Below, piece by piece: positions 25,946 to 35,287 of a stretch of 64,000 nt of DNA. Under the pieces are notes generated by a model that searched no databases, was not told the DNA's origin, and was given only the letters and a program-made list of their open reading frames with translations. Where the stretch lies: contig CATOTC010000005.1 of NCBI GenBank assembly GCA_951812975.1, positions 99,572 through 163,571 on the forward strand, read 5' to 3'. This DNA is from an uncultured Acidimicrobiales bacterium (GTDB lineage Bacteria > Actinomycetota > Acidimicrobiia > Acidimicrobiales > Aldehydirespiratoraceae). Position 1 is the stretch's first letter. Each line of letters starts with the position of its first letter. Position numbers and translations under genes: made by a program.

Positions 25946-28576
25946 ATGGCTACGCTGCGACTTCCCGAGAAACCGGACCTGGTCGGCCTCGAAAAAAAGT
26001 GGGATGCGGTCTGGGATCGAACCGGGATCTACCACTTCGATCCCGCGAAGTCGCGGGTTGAAGTCTTCTCGATCGACACGCCGCCGCCGACGGTGAGCGG
26101 GTCGCTGCACGTGGGTCACGTCTTCAGCTACACCCACACCGACACCATCGCCCGCTACCAGCGCATGGCCGGCCGCGAGGTCTTCTATCCCATGGGCTGG
26201 GACGACAACGGCCTCCCCACCGAACGCCGGGTGCAGAACTATTACGGCGTGGTGTGCGACCCGTCACTCCCCTACGACCCCGATTTCACCGCACCCGCCG
26301 ACGCCGGCGACCCCAAGGCGGTCTCCAAGCGCCGCCCGCTCGCAGTCAGCCGTCCCAACTTCATCGAGCTGTGCCTAGAACTGACCGGCGAGGACGAGAA
26401 GGTCTTCGAGCAGCTGTTCCGACACCTGGGACTGTCGGTCGACTGGACCCGCACGTACACGACCATCAACGACCACTGCCGACGGGTCAGCCAACTCGCC
26501 TTCCTCGAGAACCTCGCACGCGGTGAGGCCTACCAGGTCGAGGCTCCATCGCTTTGGGACGTGACCTTCCAGACCGCAGTGGCTCAGGCTGAGTTGGAAG
26601 ACAAGGAGGTTCCCGGCTCCTATCACAAGCTCCGCTTCGCACGGTCCGACGGCGGCGAGGCGGTCTGGATCGACACCACCCGCCCCGAGCTGGTTCCCTC
26701 CTGCGTCGCTCTGGTCGCTCACCCCGACGACGAGCGCTACCAGCACCTTTTCGGCGGTGCCACCGTGACCAGTCCGGTCTTCGGTGTTGAACTTCCCGTT
26801 CACCCCCACCATCTGGCGGACCCCGACAAGGGCACCGGGATAGCCATGATCTGCACCTTCGGCGACACCACCGACGTGACCTGGTGGCGGGAGCTCGACC
26901 TCCCCGTGCGCACGGTCATCGGCCGTGACGGCCGTTTCACAGGCGAGACCCCGGAGTGGCTCACCACACCCGATGCCGCCGCGGCCTACGGGCGGCTCGC
27001 CACCAAACGCGTCGCCCAGGCGCAGGAGGAGATGGTGCAGCTCCTTGTGGAGTCCGGAGACCTGCAGGGCGAACCGCGCCCGATCACCCATCCCGTGAAG
27101 TTCTTCGAGAAGGGCGACAAACCCCTTGAGATCGTGTCAAGCCGTCAGTGGTACATCCGCAACGGCGGCCGCGACGAGGACCTTCGCGAGGCCCTAGTGG
27201 CCCGCGGCGATGAGATCAACTGGGTTCCGGACTACATGCAGGCCCGTTTCACGAACTGGATCGAGGGCCTCAACGGAGACTGGTTGATCAGCCGGCAGCG
27301 CTTCTTCGGGGTGCCGCTCCCGCTCTGGTACGGCCTCGACACCAATGGTGAACCGGTCTGGGAACAGCCGATCACTCCGCGCCACGATCAGCTCCCGGTC
27401 GACCCCTCGACCGACGTGCCCGACGGCTTCTCCGAGGCCCAGCGGGACCAGCCGAACGGTTTCGTGGGCGAAGTCGACGTGATGGACACCTGGGCCACGT
27501 CCTCGCTCACTCCCCAGATCGCCACCGGTTGGAGAACCGACGCCCGCCTCTACGCCGCCACGTTCCCGATGGACGTTCGGCCCCAAGCGCACGACATAAT
27601 CCGCACCTGGCTGTTCTCCACCGTTGTCCGGGCCCATTTCGACGCGGGCACCGCTCCTTGGCGCAACGCCGCGCTCTCGGGCTGGATCCTTGATCCCGAC
27701 CGCAAGAAGATGTCGAAGTCGAAGGGCAACGTTGTGGTGCCGACCGACCTGTTGGAGCAGTACGGCGCCGATGCCGTCCGCTACTGGGCCTCATCGGGGC
27801 GCCCCGGCACTGACACCGCCTTCGATCAGGGCCAGATGAAGATCGGCCGACGCCTGGCGATCAAGCTGCTGAACGCCTCGAAGTTCACGCTCGGGTTCGG
27901 TGACGTCAAACTCGCCGATCTGTTCGATGATCGAATTCATTCCGTCTTGGATGAGATCGAGATCAGCGAAACGCTCGACAAGTCGATGCTGGACCGGCTC
28001 GCCGATCTCGTCGACGATGCCACCGATGCCTTCGAGCGCTTCGACTACGCCCGGGCCCTGGAACGGACCGAAGCGTTCTTCTGGTGGTTCACCGACAACT
28101 ATCTGGAGCTCGTGAAAGCCCGTGCCTACGGCGAATACGGTGAGGAACGCGCCACATCGGCTCACAACGCCCTGCGTGTTGCACTGTCGGTGATCCAACG
28201 GATGTTCGCACCGTTCCTGCCGTTCGTCACCGAGGAGGTCTGGAGTTGGTGGCAAGACGATTCGGTCCACAAGGCCGCCTGGCCCAAGAGCGACGGCCTG
28301 CGCTCGACTGCGGGTGGTATCGGCGCGGCGACCAGCGGTGTCGCCGCTGACGCCCTCAGCGTTGTGCGCCGTACCAAGTCGGAGAACAAACGCAAGCTGC
28401 GCACCCCGGTGCTGTCCGCGACCTTCGCCGGGAGCACCGAGCAGTTGGTAATGCTCGACACGGTGATCGACGACGTGAAAGCGGCCGGGGTGATCCTCAC
28501 GGTGGCGCCCAGCAGAGTCACCGACGACAGCGAGATCAGCGTCAGCGCCGAACTCGAACCCGAACCGCAGGCTTGA
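25946..28576 (+). CDS. valS: Valine--tRNA ligase
   Basis: HIGH-type motif SLHVGHVFSYTH and KMSKS motif KKMSKSKGN. Start taken at ATG 25946 (MATLRLPEKPDL). Confidence 0.93.
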   Translation: MATLRLPEKPDLVGLEKKWDAVWDRTGIYHFDPAKSRVEVFSIDTPPPTVSGSLHVGHVFSYTHTDTIARYQRMAGREVFYPMGWDDNGLPTERRVQNYYGVVCDPSLPYDPDFTAPADAGDPKAVSKRRPLAVSRPNFIELCLELTGEDEKVFEQLFRHLGLSVDWTRTYTTINDHCRRVSQLAFLENLARGEAYQVEAPSLWDVTFQTAVAQAELEDKEVPGSYHKLRFARSDGGEAVWIDTTRPELVPSCVALVAHPDDERYQHLFGGATVTSPVFGVELPVHPHHLADPDKGTGIAMICTFGDTTDVTWWRELDLPVRTVIGRDGRFTGETPEWLTTPDAAAAYGRLATKRVAQAQEEMVQLLVESGDLQGEPRPITHPVKFFEKGDKPLEIVSSRQWYIRNGGRDEDLREALVARGDEINWVPDYMQARFTNWIEGLNGDWLISRQRFFGVPLPLWYGLDTNGEPVWEQPITPRHDQLPVDPSTDVPDGFSEAQRDQPNGFVGEVDVMDTWATSSLTPQIATGWRTDARLYAATFPMDVRPQAHDIIRTWLFSTVVRAHFDAGTAPWRNAALSGWILDPDRKKMSKSKGNVVVPTDLLEQYGADAVRYWASSGRPGTDTAFDQGQMKIGRRLAIKLLNASKFTLGFGDVKLADLFDDRIHSVLDEIEISETLDKSMLDRLADLVDDATDAFERFDYARALERTEAFFWWFTDNYLELVKARAYGEYGEERATSAHNALRVALSVIQRMFAPFLPFVTEEVWSWWQDDSVHKAAWPKSDGLRSTAGGIGAATSGVAADALSVVRRTKSENKRKLRTPVLSATFAGSTEQLVMLDTVIDDVKAAGVILTVAPSRVTDDSEISVSAELEPEPQA

Positions 28577-28712
28577 CCGAGAGGATGGCGAGGTGATCGA
28601 CGACGTGAGAGCTGCCGGCGTGATCCTCACGGTGGCCTCCAGCACAGTCACTGACAGCAGCGAGATCAGCGTCAGCGCAGAGCTCGAACCCGAACTGCCA
28701 GGATGACCCGAA
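28462..28712 (+). repeat. Tandem duplication (period about 130 nt) of the valS 3' end
   Basis: 28462-28591 (the last 38 codons of valS plus 15 nt) is repeated at 28592-28712. About nine of ten positions are identical by eye over the first 105 nt. Confidence 0.9.
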
Positions 28713-29785
28713 GGATGACCCCGGAAGATGACGCAGTGATCGACCTTCGTTCAGACACCGTGACCCGACCCACCGAACCGATGCGCCGGGCGATCGCGGC
28801 CGCCGAGGTGGGCGATGACGTCTTCGGCGACGACCCCACTGTGAACCGCCTCGAGGCCATGGTCGCCGAACGGCTCGGCACCGAGGCCTCGCTGTTCGTC
28901 ACCAGCGGAACACAGTCCAACTTGTGCGCCCTGCTGGCCCACTGCGGACGTGGCGACGAATACATCGCCGGGGATACTGCCCACACGTTCCGGTTGGAGG
29001 CCGGCGGTGGCGCCGTGCTCGGCGGGATTGCACCTCAGCCCGTAGCCACGGAGACCGACGGGCTCCCCAACCCCGAGGCGATCGCGGCGGCCGTCAAACC
29101 CGACGACACCCACTTCGCCCGTACTCGACTGCTGTGCCTCGAGAACACCAAGAACGGGATGGTCCAGTCACCGCAACGTATGGACGAAGCGATCAAGGTG
29201 GCGCGCGACGCGGCCCTCAGCGTGCACCTCGATGGTGCACGCATGTGGAATGCGTGCGTTGAACTGGGCGTCTCGGGTGCGGAGTTGGTCGCCGGTTGCG
29301 ACTCCGTCTCGATGTGCCTGTCGAAAGGACTAGGCGCTCCCGCCGGATCGCTTCTCAGCGGCCCGCGCGCGCTGATCGACGAGGCCCGCAAGTGGCGCAA
29401 GATGCTCGGCGGCGGCCTGCGACAGGCCGGGGTGCTGGCTGCAGCGGGCATCTACGCCTTGGAGAACAACGTCGACCGACTTGCCGACGATCACGCTCGG
29501 GCAGCGCTGTTGGCAGAGGCTCTGGCAGACATCGACGGGATCAAGGTGAACGCAGTCAACACCAACATGATGTTCATCTCCATCGACGGTGCCGACAACG
29601 ATCTCCAGCAACGCCTGGCAGACCGTGGCGTGCTCTGCGACGTGCTCAGAACCAGGGGCATCAAAGGACCGAGCCCCTATGCGCAGGTGGTCGGCACGAG
29701 ACTCGTCACCCATCTCGGCATCAGCGACGACGATGTTCGTGCCGCGACCGCCGCGTTCGCGGCCGCGTTGAGCGACTCAGGCTGA
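28703..29785 (+). CDS. ltaE: Low-specificity L-threonine aldolase
   Basis: Contains DLRSDTVTRPT and the PLP-lysine context SMCLSKGLGAPAGS. Start is ATG 28703 or 28715. Confidence 0.88.
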   Translation: MTRRMTPEDDAVIDLRSDTVTRPTEPMRRAIAAAEVGDDVFGDDPTVNRLEAMVAERLGTEASLFVTSGTQSNLCALLAHCGRGDEYIAGDTAHTFRLEAGGGAVLGGIAPQPVATETDGLPNPEAIAAAVKPDDTHFARTRLLCLENTKNGMVQSPQRMDEAIKVARDAALSVHLDGARMWNACVELGVSGAELVAGCDSVSMCLSKGLGAPAGSLLSGPRALIDEARKWRKMLGGGLRQAGVLAAAGIYALENNVDRLADDHARAALLAEALADIDGIKVNAVNTNMMFISIDGADNDLQQRLADRGVLCDVLRTRGIKGPSPYAQVVGTRLVTHLGISDDDVRAATAAFAAALSDSG

Positions 29786-31342
29786 GGGGCCGGGACCCCG
29801 CAGGATTCGGGTCTTGCCGTACATGTTGCCGAAGAGCACGCGGCCGTCCTCGTCGATGGTCACTCCAGCCCCGGTGGTGTTGAATTGCGAGCCGCCGACA
29901 ACGAAATGGAAGCGGCTCTCACCAGTCTCCCAATCAGCGGCCTCGATGGTCCAGGAGCCGTTGCGTGCACCGCAGGTGTAGACCAGCCCGGACTCCTGGG
30001 CCACGAAGGGCACTGAATTGGGCGAGGAGACGTCGTGGTTGACCCATGCCTCCTTGAGTTCTCGCGCCTCGGGGTCCCACTGGTACTTGTGCATTCCGTG
30101 CGGTGTGTATTCGGGCTTGTGACCAAGCATGAAGCAGAGCATTCGTGCACCCCGAGGGGGGAAATTGTCGGGCACCGTGGCGGGTTCGTTGTTGACGGTC
30201 ATGGCTCCGTACCCCGACACCGTTATCGACTGCTCGGTCTTGATCTCTGAAAGGTCGGGATCGCCCATGTTCGCGGGGCCGATACCTGCGATCCGGCGGT
30301 GCGGACCGTTGGGGAGATGTTCCCAGTCTTCGGGGATCTCCTCGCGCCACAGCAGCGTGATGTTGACCACGTCGTCGCCGTCGCCGATCACCACGAACTT
30401 GTCCTCGTCGGGACCGAACCCCATCAGCGACGGTGTCGTGCCGGATCCACAGCCACCGCCGTTGCGATAGGGCACCGACCAGCAGCCGTCGGCCTCGTCG
30501 TCGGAGAGCCGTTCGCCGGTCCAGCGAAGCTTGTGGTGGTGGTCGTTGGAGTTGACGTAGATGCCGTTGTCCTCGTCGACGCAGATGCTGGTGCGCACCC
30601 AGCCGTAACCGGTGTTGCCCCGCTCGGCCGCTCTCATCGCGCAGTACTCCGCTGCCTGCTCGGCGCCACCCGCAACCTGGATCGCGTGATACTCGCTGAA
30701 GTCACGGGCCAGCACCACGACCCAACCATGGTCGGTCGACATCACCAGCCGGCCGTCGAAGGTCATGTTCATTCCCACGAAAAAGCCTTCGATATGGTCG
30801 GGCTTGTACCAGCGGTCGCGCTCGCTGATCTCCGAGGCCGGATCGCTCGAATCGGCCTCGACGTAAGCCACCGCATGATCCTTGCGGCCCAAGAAGAGCG
30901 TGTTGGTGCAGTCGACGAGGCAGTAGACGCCGTCCAGCCCGGTCATGAAACGCATCGACAGGCCCAGCGCATGGTTGATCGCGTCCTGTCCCTCCAGGTT
31001 GTCGAGACCGGCGAGGTTGGCTTCCAACTCGGCGATCGGGGTACGCCCTTCTCCTCCCACGATTTCGTGGTCGGCCAACACTTCCAGGGTGTCATAGTCG
31101 AGCTTCGCGATGTTCTGGCGACCGTTGCTCCACACAACCCGACGGCCGTCGGGGTACGGGCCTGAGATCGTGCAGCCGAAGTGGCACGGTCCGAGCCACG
31201 AATACTGGATGTCGTCCTCGCTGAGAACCTCGCTCGGTCCTTCAGGTCCACGCCAGGCGACGTTGTCCTGCTGATCGCAACGGCCGTGCGCCATGGCGTT
31301 CGAGGAGTCGGCGAGGAAAGGGTTTCGGGGACCGGTCTTCAT
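29777..31342 (-). CDS. Conserved-looking hypothetical protein (521 aa), probably a beta-rich/propeller-like fold
   Basis: Long ORF with balanced composition. Start taken at ATG 31342 (MKTGPRNPFLAD). No motif I can name. Its 3' end overlaps ltaE by 9 nt in convergent orientation. Confidence 0.6.
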   Translation of the reverse strand: MKTGPRNPFLADSSNAMAHGRCDQQDNVAWRGPEGPSEVLSEDDIQYSWLGPCHFGCTISGPYPDGRRVVWSNGRQNIAKLDYDTLEVLADHEIVGGEGRTPIAELEANLAGLDNLEGQDAINHALGLSMRFMTGLDGVYCLVDCTNTLFLGRKDHAVAYVEADSSDPASEISERDRWYKPDHIEGFFVGMNMTFDGRLVMSTDHGWVVVLARDFSEYHAIQVAGGAEQAAEYCAMRAAERGNTGYGWVRTSICVDEDNGIYVNSNDHHHKLRWTGERLSDDEADGCWSVPYRNGGGCGSGTTPSLMGFGPDEDKFVVIGDGDDVVNITLLWREEIPEDWEHLPNGPHRRIAGIGPANMGDPDLSEIKTEQSITVSGYGAMTVNNEPATVPDNFPPRGARMLCFMLGHKPEYTPHGMHKYQWDPEARELKEAWVNHDVSSPNSVPFVAQESGLVYTCGARNGSWTIEAADWETGESRFHFVVGGSQFNTTGAGVTIDEDGRVLFGNMYGKTRILRGPGPSA

Positions 31343-31418
31343 CTGAGCACCGTATTTCGACACCGACTCGACCCGCCAATCGGCACGACTTTGGCGCCCT
31401 CGACAGTAGATTCGGGGG

Positions 31419-32363
31419 GTGATCATCGGGATTGATGTCGGAGGGACCAAGGCGCTGGGTCTGCTGGTCGATCCCGACGACGGTCGGATCCTGGCCAGAA
31501 CCCGCAAGTCGAGCCGCGGCACCGGTGATGAACTGCTTGAGCGGCTGACCGAGGTCGTGGCGGAACTGTCCGGGCGCAGCGACAAACCTGTACAGAGTGT
31601 GGGCCTCGGAATAGCCGGTCTGGCGGCCCGTACCGGTGTGGTGCGCTACTCCCCGAACCTCCCGAACCTGATCGAGTTCCCGGTGGGTCGACTCCTGGCC
31701 GAGGCGACCGGAACGCAGGTCGTCACAATCAACGATGCCACCGCGGGCACCTGGGCTGAGGCGAGACTCGGTGCTGGCCGAGGCGCAGACGACTTCGCCT
31801 ACGTGGCTCTGGGAAGCGGGATCGGGACCGGGTTCGTCGCCGGAGGGCACCTGCTGCTCGGTGCCAACGGGTTCGCGGGAGAGTCCGGGCACATGACCGT
31901 CGACGCCAGTGGACCCGCACACATCACCGGCGAACCGGGACCGTGGGAGTATTTCGCTTCAGGGAACGGGCTCGGCCGGCTCGGCCGTGAAGCCGCAGCA
32001 GCCGGCACCTTTCCCGCGGCATGCGCCCTGGTGAGCGATATCAGCGAGATCCGCAGTGAACATGTGGTCGCAGCCCTTGATCAGGGCGACCCGACCGCTG
32101 AGGAGATCTTCGACGGTTTCTGCCGTGAGGCCGCCCGCGGCATCGCCAACCTGATCCTGATTCTCGACTCGAGCCGGGTGGTGCTCGGCGGAGGGCTCGC
32201 GGAGGTGGGCGAGCCGCTCAGATCCAGAGTCGACGGCTGGCTCCGACGCCTGCTCCTGGGTTCGGAGCATCGTCCCAGAGTCGAAGTCGTGTTGGCGAAG
32301 TTCGGTTCCGAGTCCGGTGCCCTCGGCGCTGCCCTGGTCGCCGCCGACCCGCTCGGTATCTAG
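31419..32363 (+). CDS. ROK family sugar kinase (glucokinase-like)
   Basis: IIGIDVGGTKALGL (ATP-binding), the ROK signature region GSGIGTGFVAGG...GESGHMTV, and VLGGGLAE. Confidence 0.88.
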   Translation: MIIGIDVGGTKALGLLVDPDDGRILARTRKSSRGTGDELLERLTEVVAELSGRSDKPVQSVGLGIAGLAARTGVVRYSPNLPNLIEFPVGRLLAEATGTQVVTINDATAGTWAEARLGAGRGADDFAYVALGSGIGTGFVAGGHLLLGANGFAGESGHMTVDASGPAHITGEPGPWEYFASGNGLGRLGREAAAAGTFPAACALVSDISEIRSEHVVAALDQGDPTAEEIFDGFCREAARGIANLILILDSSRVVLGGGLAEVGEPLRSRVDGWLRRLLLGSEHRPRVEVVLAKFGSESGALGAALVAADPLGI

Positions 32364-32366
32364 TTG

Positions 32367-32413
32367 TTCTGGCGGTGCCATCGGTCGAGAACCGACGCTT
32401 GGCACCGCCAGAA
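32367..32413. terminator. Perfect 14-bp-stem hairpin (TTCTGGCGGTGCCA ... TGGCACCGCCAGAA), a likely bidirectional terminator
   Basis: It fills the 65-nt spacer between the convergent ROK kinase and ABC genes. The loop contains a nested 5-bp stem (TCGGT/ACCGA). Confidence 0.6.
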
Positions 32414-32428
32414 CGGGGTTTGAGGGGG

Positions 32429-35287
32429 TTAGGCCGGGCCGGAACGACCGATGGCGGCTTCGTTCGTCCCGAGGTAGCTGGCGATGACCAGTGGATCGTT
32501 GCGGACCTCGTCGGGGGGTCCGTTGGCGATCACCGCACCGGACTCGAGGCAGTAGACCCGGTCGCTGATGCTCATCACCAGCGGCATGTCGTGTTCGATC
32601 ACAACCACCGACGCGTCGAGTTCAGCCTGGATCTGCTTGATCAGAGGCCCGAACGCCTCCGCCTCGCGTTGGGCGACGCCACCGGTCGGTTCATCGAGCA
32701 GCAGCACGCGGGCGTCGACTGCCAGAAGGCTGCCGAGTTCGACGATGCGTCTGGTGCCCGTGGAGAGAGACTCGATGAAGGAGTCTGCATAGCGACCCAA
32801 CCCGAGGTAGTCGATGATCTCATCGGCGGAGGACCGCTTGGCTCGTTCGTAGGCGCCCGATGGTGGAAGCGCCAACATCGACGGCACCAGACGAGAATGC
32901 TGGCGGGCCTCCAGGGCGACCATCAAGGCTTCGCGCACGGTCAATCCCGGGTACAGCCGGGCCGCCTGGAATCCGCGGCCCAAACCGAGCCTGTGGCGGG
33001 CTGACGCACTGCGGTCGGAGACGTCGACTCCGAGGACCTCGACGGTGCCGTCGGAGGGAACGAATCCTCCCACCGCGTTGAGCAGGGTCGACTTGCCGGC
33101 GCCGTTGGTGCCGATGAGGCCGACCAGTTCGCCCTGATTGACCTCGAAATCGACGTCGGCCACAGCAACGTTGCCACCGAAACGAACGGTGATTCCCTTC
33201 GCGGCAAGCATCGGCCCGTCGACTGCGGGGCGCTGCGACCGCGCCGATGTCGGAACCGCCGGATGCTCCACGGTCTGGGGCGCGACCTCGTCGGGTTGTC
33301 GCTCGCGCAGGCGACGGTCGGCCACCCCCAGCAGGCCGTCGCGGATCGAGTAGACGATCTGCAGCAACCCTCCCGGGAAGTACATGAGCAGCACCAGCAG
33401 ACCGATGTTGGAGGTGAGCAGCTGTTGCAGGTCGCGGAGCTGGTCCGGAACCAAGCGTTCGATGCCCAGGATCCACAGCGAGCCGAGGACCGGCCCGGCG
33501 ACGGAGCCCAAGCCGCCGACGATGGCGATCACGATCACCCTCAAGGAATTGGCGGGCGCGAACTGGGTACCAGGGCTGAGGGACGGCTGCACGATCACGT
33601 AGAGCGCGCCGGTCAGGGCAGCCATTCCGCCGGCCACCGCGAAGGCGGCGAGCTTCATGCGGCCCGGCGGCACTGTGGAGGCTGCCGCCATGTCCTCGTT
33701 GTCGCGCACGGCGATGAACGAGCGTCCGATGCCTGTTGCACGGATGCGGGTCACCACCCACGACATCAGTACCAACGTGACGAGGCAGACCAGATACATC
33801 GTTCGTCGCGACTCCCCGACATCAATCCCGAACAGGGCCGGGCGGTCGGGTGGGCGAGGCGCGGTCGTGCCGCCGCTGAAGAAGTCCTGAACAAAGATCC
33901 ACGTGCCCGCCATGACTGCGAATGCGAGGGTTGTGACGGCCAGGAACAGTCCGCGCACGCGCAACGCGGGCAGGCCGACCAGCACCGCGACCAGCACTCC
34001 CAGCGCTGTTGCCAGAACCACCGCAATCCCCCATGGAACGTCGATGCTGAGATCGAACAGATCGAATGGAATTGGAATGTCGTGGCCTTCGGTGAACGCC
34101 AGCGTCGCCAGTCCGCCGACGCCGACGAACGCGAACTGGCCGAGCGACAACTGCCCCGCCCATCCGGTCAGAACGGTCAACGACAAAGCCACCATGGCGA
34201 ACAGCAGGATGTTGCTCCAGGTCAGGATCGGTGCGGATTCGGTAACGAAGATCGGGACCAGGGCCAAGGCACCGAACAGGAAGAAGAACCCGATGCCGTT
34301 GAGGTTTCGGACCCACCAGATGCTGCGCAGCCGCTCGGGGATCGGTCGAAGGGTCGGCGAAAGCGACCAGCCGACATCCTGGCGGCCCGAGCGCACGAAC
34401 CACAACACAACCACCAGGACCGTGATGAAGAACCAGAGGTTGACGATCGACTGGTTGGTCGAGTCGACGTTGTTGCGAACGATCTTCTCGACGACCCCGA
34501 CCGCGAGACCCGCCCAGATGACGCCGGGCAACGACCGCATCTTGGCCAGCAACGACACGACCAGGACCTTCAGCAGGAGTTCCTCGACCAGAAGATTGCC
34601 GGTGTCGTCGATGGTCGCTGCCTGGAAGCCCTGCAGCGGGGCGGTGAGGATCGCGGTCGCCGCCGCGAACGCCCCTGCGATGGTCCACACGATCGTCGAC
34701 ACGCGCCGCGGCGAGGTGCCGTACACCCGGGCAGTGTCGGGGTTGGAGGCCGATGCCCGCACCGCCAAACCGAAGCGGGTCCTGGTCATGAACAAGCCGA
34801 GCAGAGCGATGAGAGCCGGCACCACTGCGAGCACTGTGATCTCCCGTGCCTGCAGCCGGATGTGGTCGGTCGGTTCCCAGGTCATCTGGAAAGCCGTGGG
34901 AATGTTGCCCCCGGCGGTGATGTCGGGGATCCAACCGACACGCGCCAACGTCAGTATCTGACCGACCCCGATGGTTGCTATCAGAAGGACCAGACGCGGC
35001 GATTCGAAGAGCCGTCTCACCACGATCAACTCGACGGCCATCCCGATCAGGGCGGTACCCGCGATCGCCAACGCGAAGGCGACCCACCAGTTCAGCCCGT
35101 AGTTGATGATCATCATCACGAAGATCGCCAGACCGAAGAAGCCCATCTCGCCGTGCGCGAAGTTGAGCACCCCGGTCGAGCGGTAGATGAGCACGAAACC
35201 CGCCGCCAACGCGGCATAGGTGAGCCCTGCGATGATCCCGATGACGATCGACTGTTGACCGATTTCGATACCGAGAAGTTCGATCAT
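32429..35287 (-). CDS. Branched-chain-amino-acid-type ABC transporter: fused LivH-like permease + LivM-like permease + LivG-like ATPase
   Basis: 952 aa. The N-terminal part is LivH-like (VLNFAHGEMGFFG), the middle is LivM-like (LTGWAGQLSLGQFAFVGVG), and the C-terminal part is an NBD (GLIGTNGAGKSTLLN, LSTGTRRIVELG, LLLDEPTGG). Confidence 0.88.
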   Translation of the reverse strand: MIELLGIEIGQQSIVIGIIAGLTYAALAAGFVLIYRSTGVLNFAHGEMGFFGLAIFVMMIINYGLNWWVAFALAIAGTALIGMAVELIVVRRLFESPRLVLLIATIGVGQILTLARVGWIPDITAGGNIPTAFQMTWEPTDHIRLQAREITVLAVVPALIALLGLFMTRTRFGLAVRASASNPDTARVYGTSPRRVSTIVWTIAGAFAAATAILTAPLQGFQAATIDDTGNLLVEELLLKVLVVSLLAKMRSLPGVIWAGLAVGVVEKIVRNNVDSTNQSIVNLWFFITVLVVVLWFVRSGRQDVGWSLSPTLRPIPERLRSIWWVRNLNGIGFFFLFGALALVPIFVTESAPILTWSNILLFAMVALSLTVLTGWAGQLSLGQFAFVGVGGLATLAFTEGHDIPIPFDLFDLSIDVPWGIAVVLATALGVLVAVLVGLPALRVRGLFLAVTTLAFAVMAGTWIFVQDFFSGGTTAPRPPDRPALFGIDVGESRRTMYLVCLVTLVLMSWVVTRIRATGIGRSFIAVRDNEDMAAASTVPPGRMKLAAFAVAGGMAALTGALYVIVQPSLSPGTQFAPANSLRVIVIAIVGGLGSVAGPVLGSLWILGIERLVPDQLRDLQQLLTSNIGLLVLLMYFPGGLLQIVYSIRDGLLGVADRRLRERQPDEVAPQTVEHPAVPTSARSQRPAVDGPMLAAKGITVRFGGNVAVADVDFEVNQGELVGLIGTNGAGKSTLLNAVGGFVPSDGTVEVLGVDVSDRSASARHRLGLGRGFQAARLYPGLTVREALMVALEARQHSRLVPSMLALPPSGAYERAKRSSADEIIDYLGLGRYADSFIESLSTGTRRIVELGSLLAVDARVLLLDEPTGGVAQREAEAFGPLIKQIQAELDASVVVIEHDMPLVMSISDRVYCLESGAVIANGPPDEVRNDPLVIASYLGTNEAAIGRSGPA

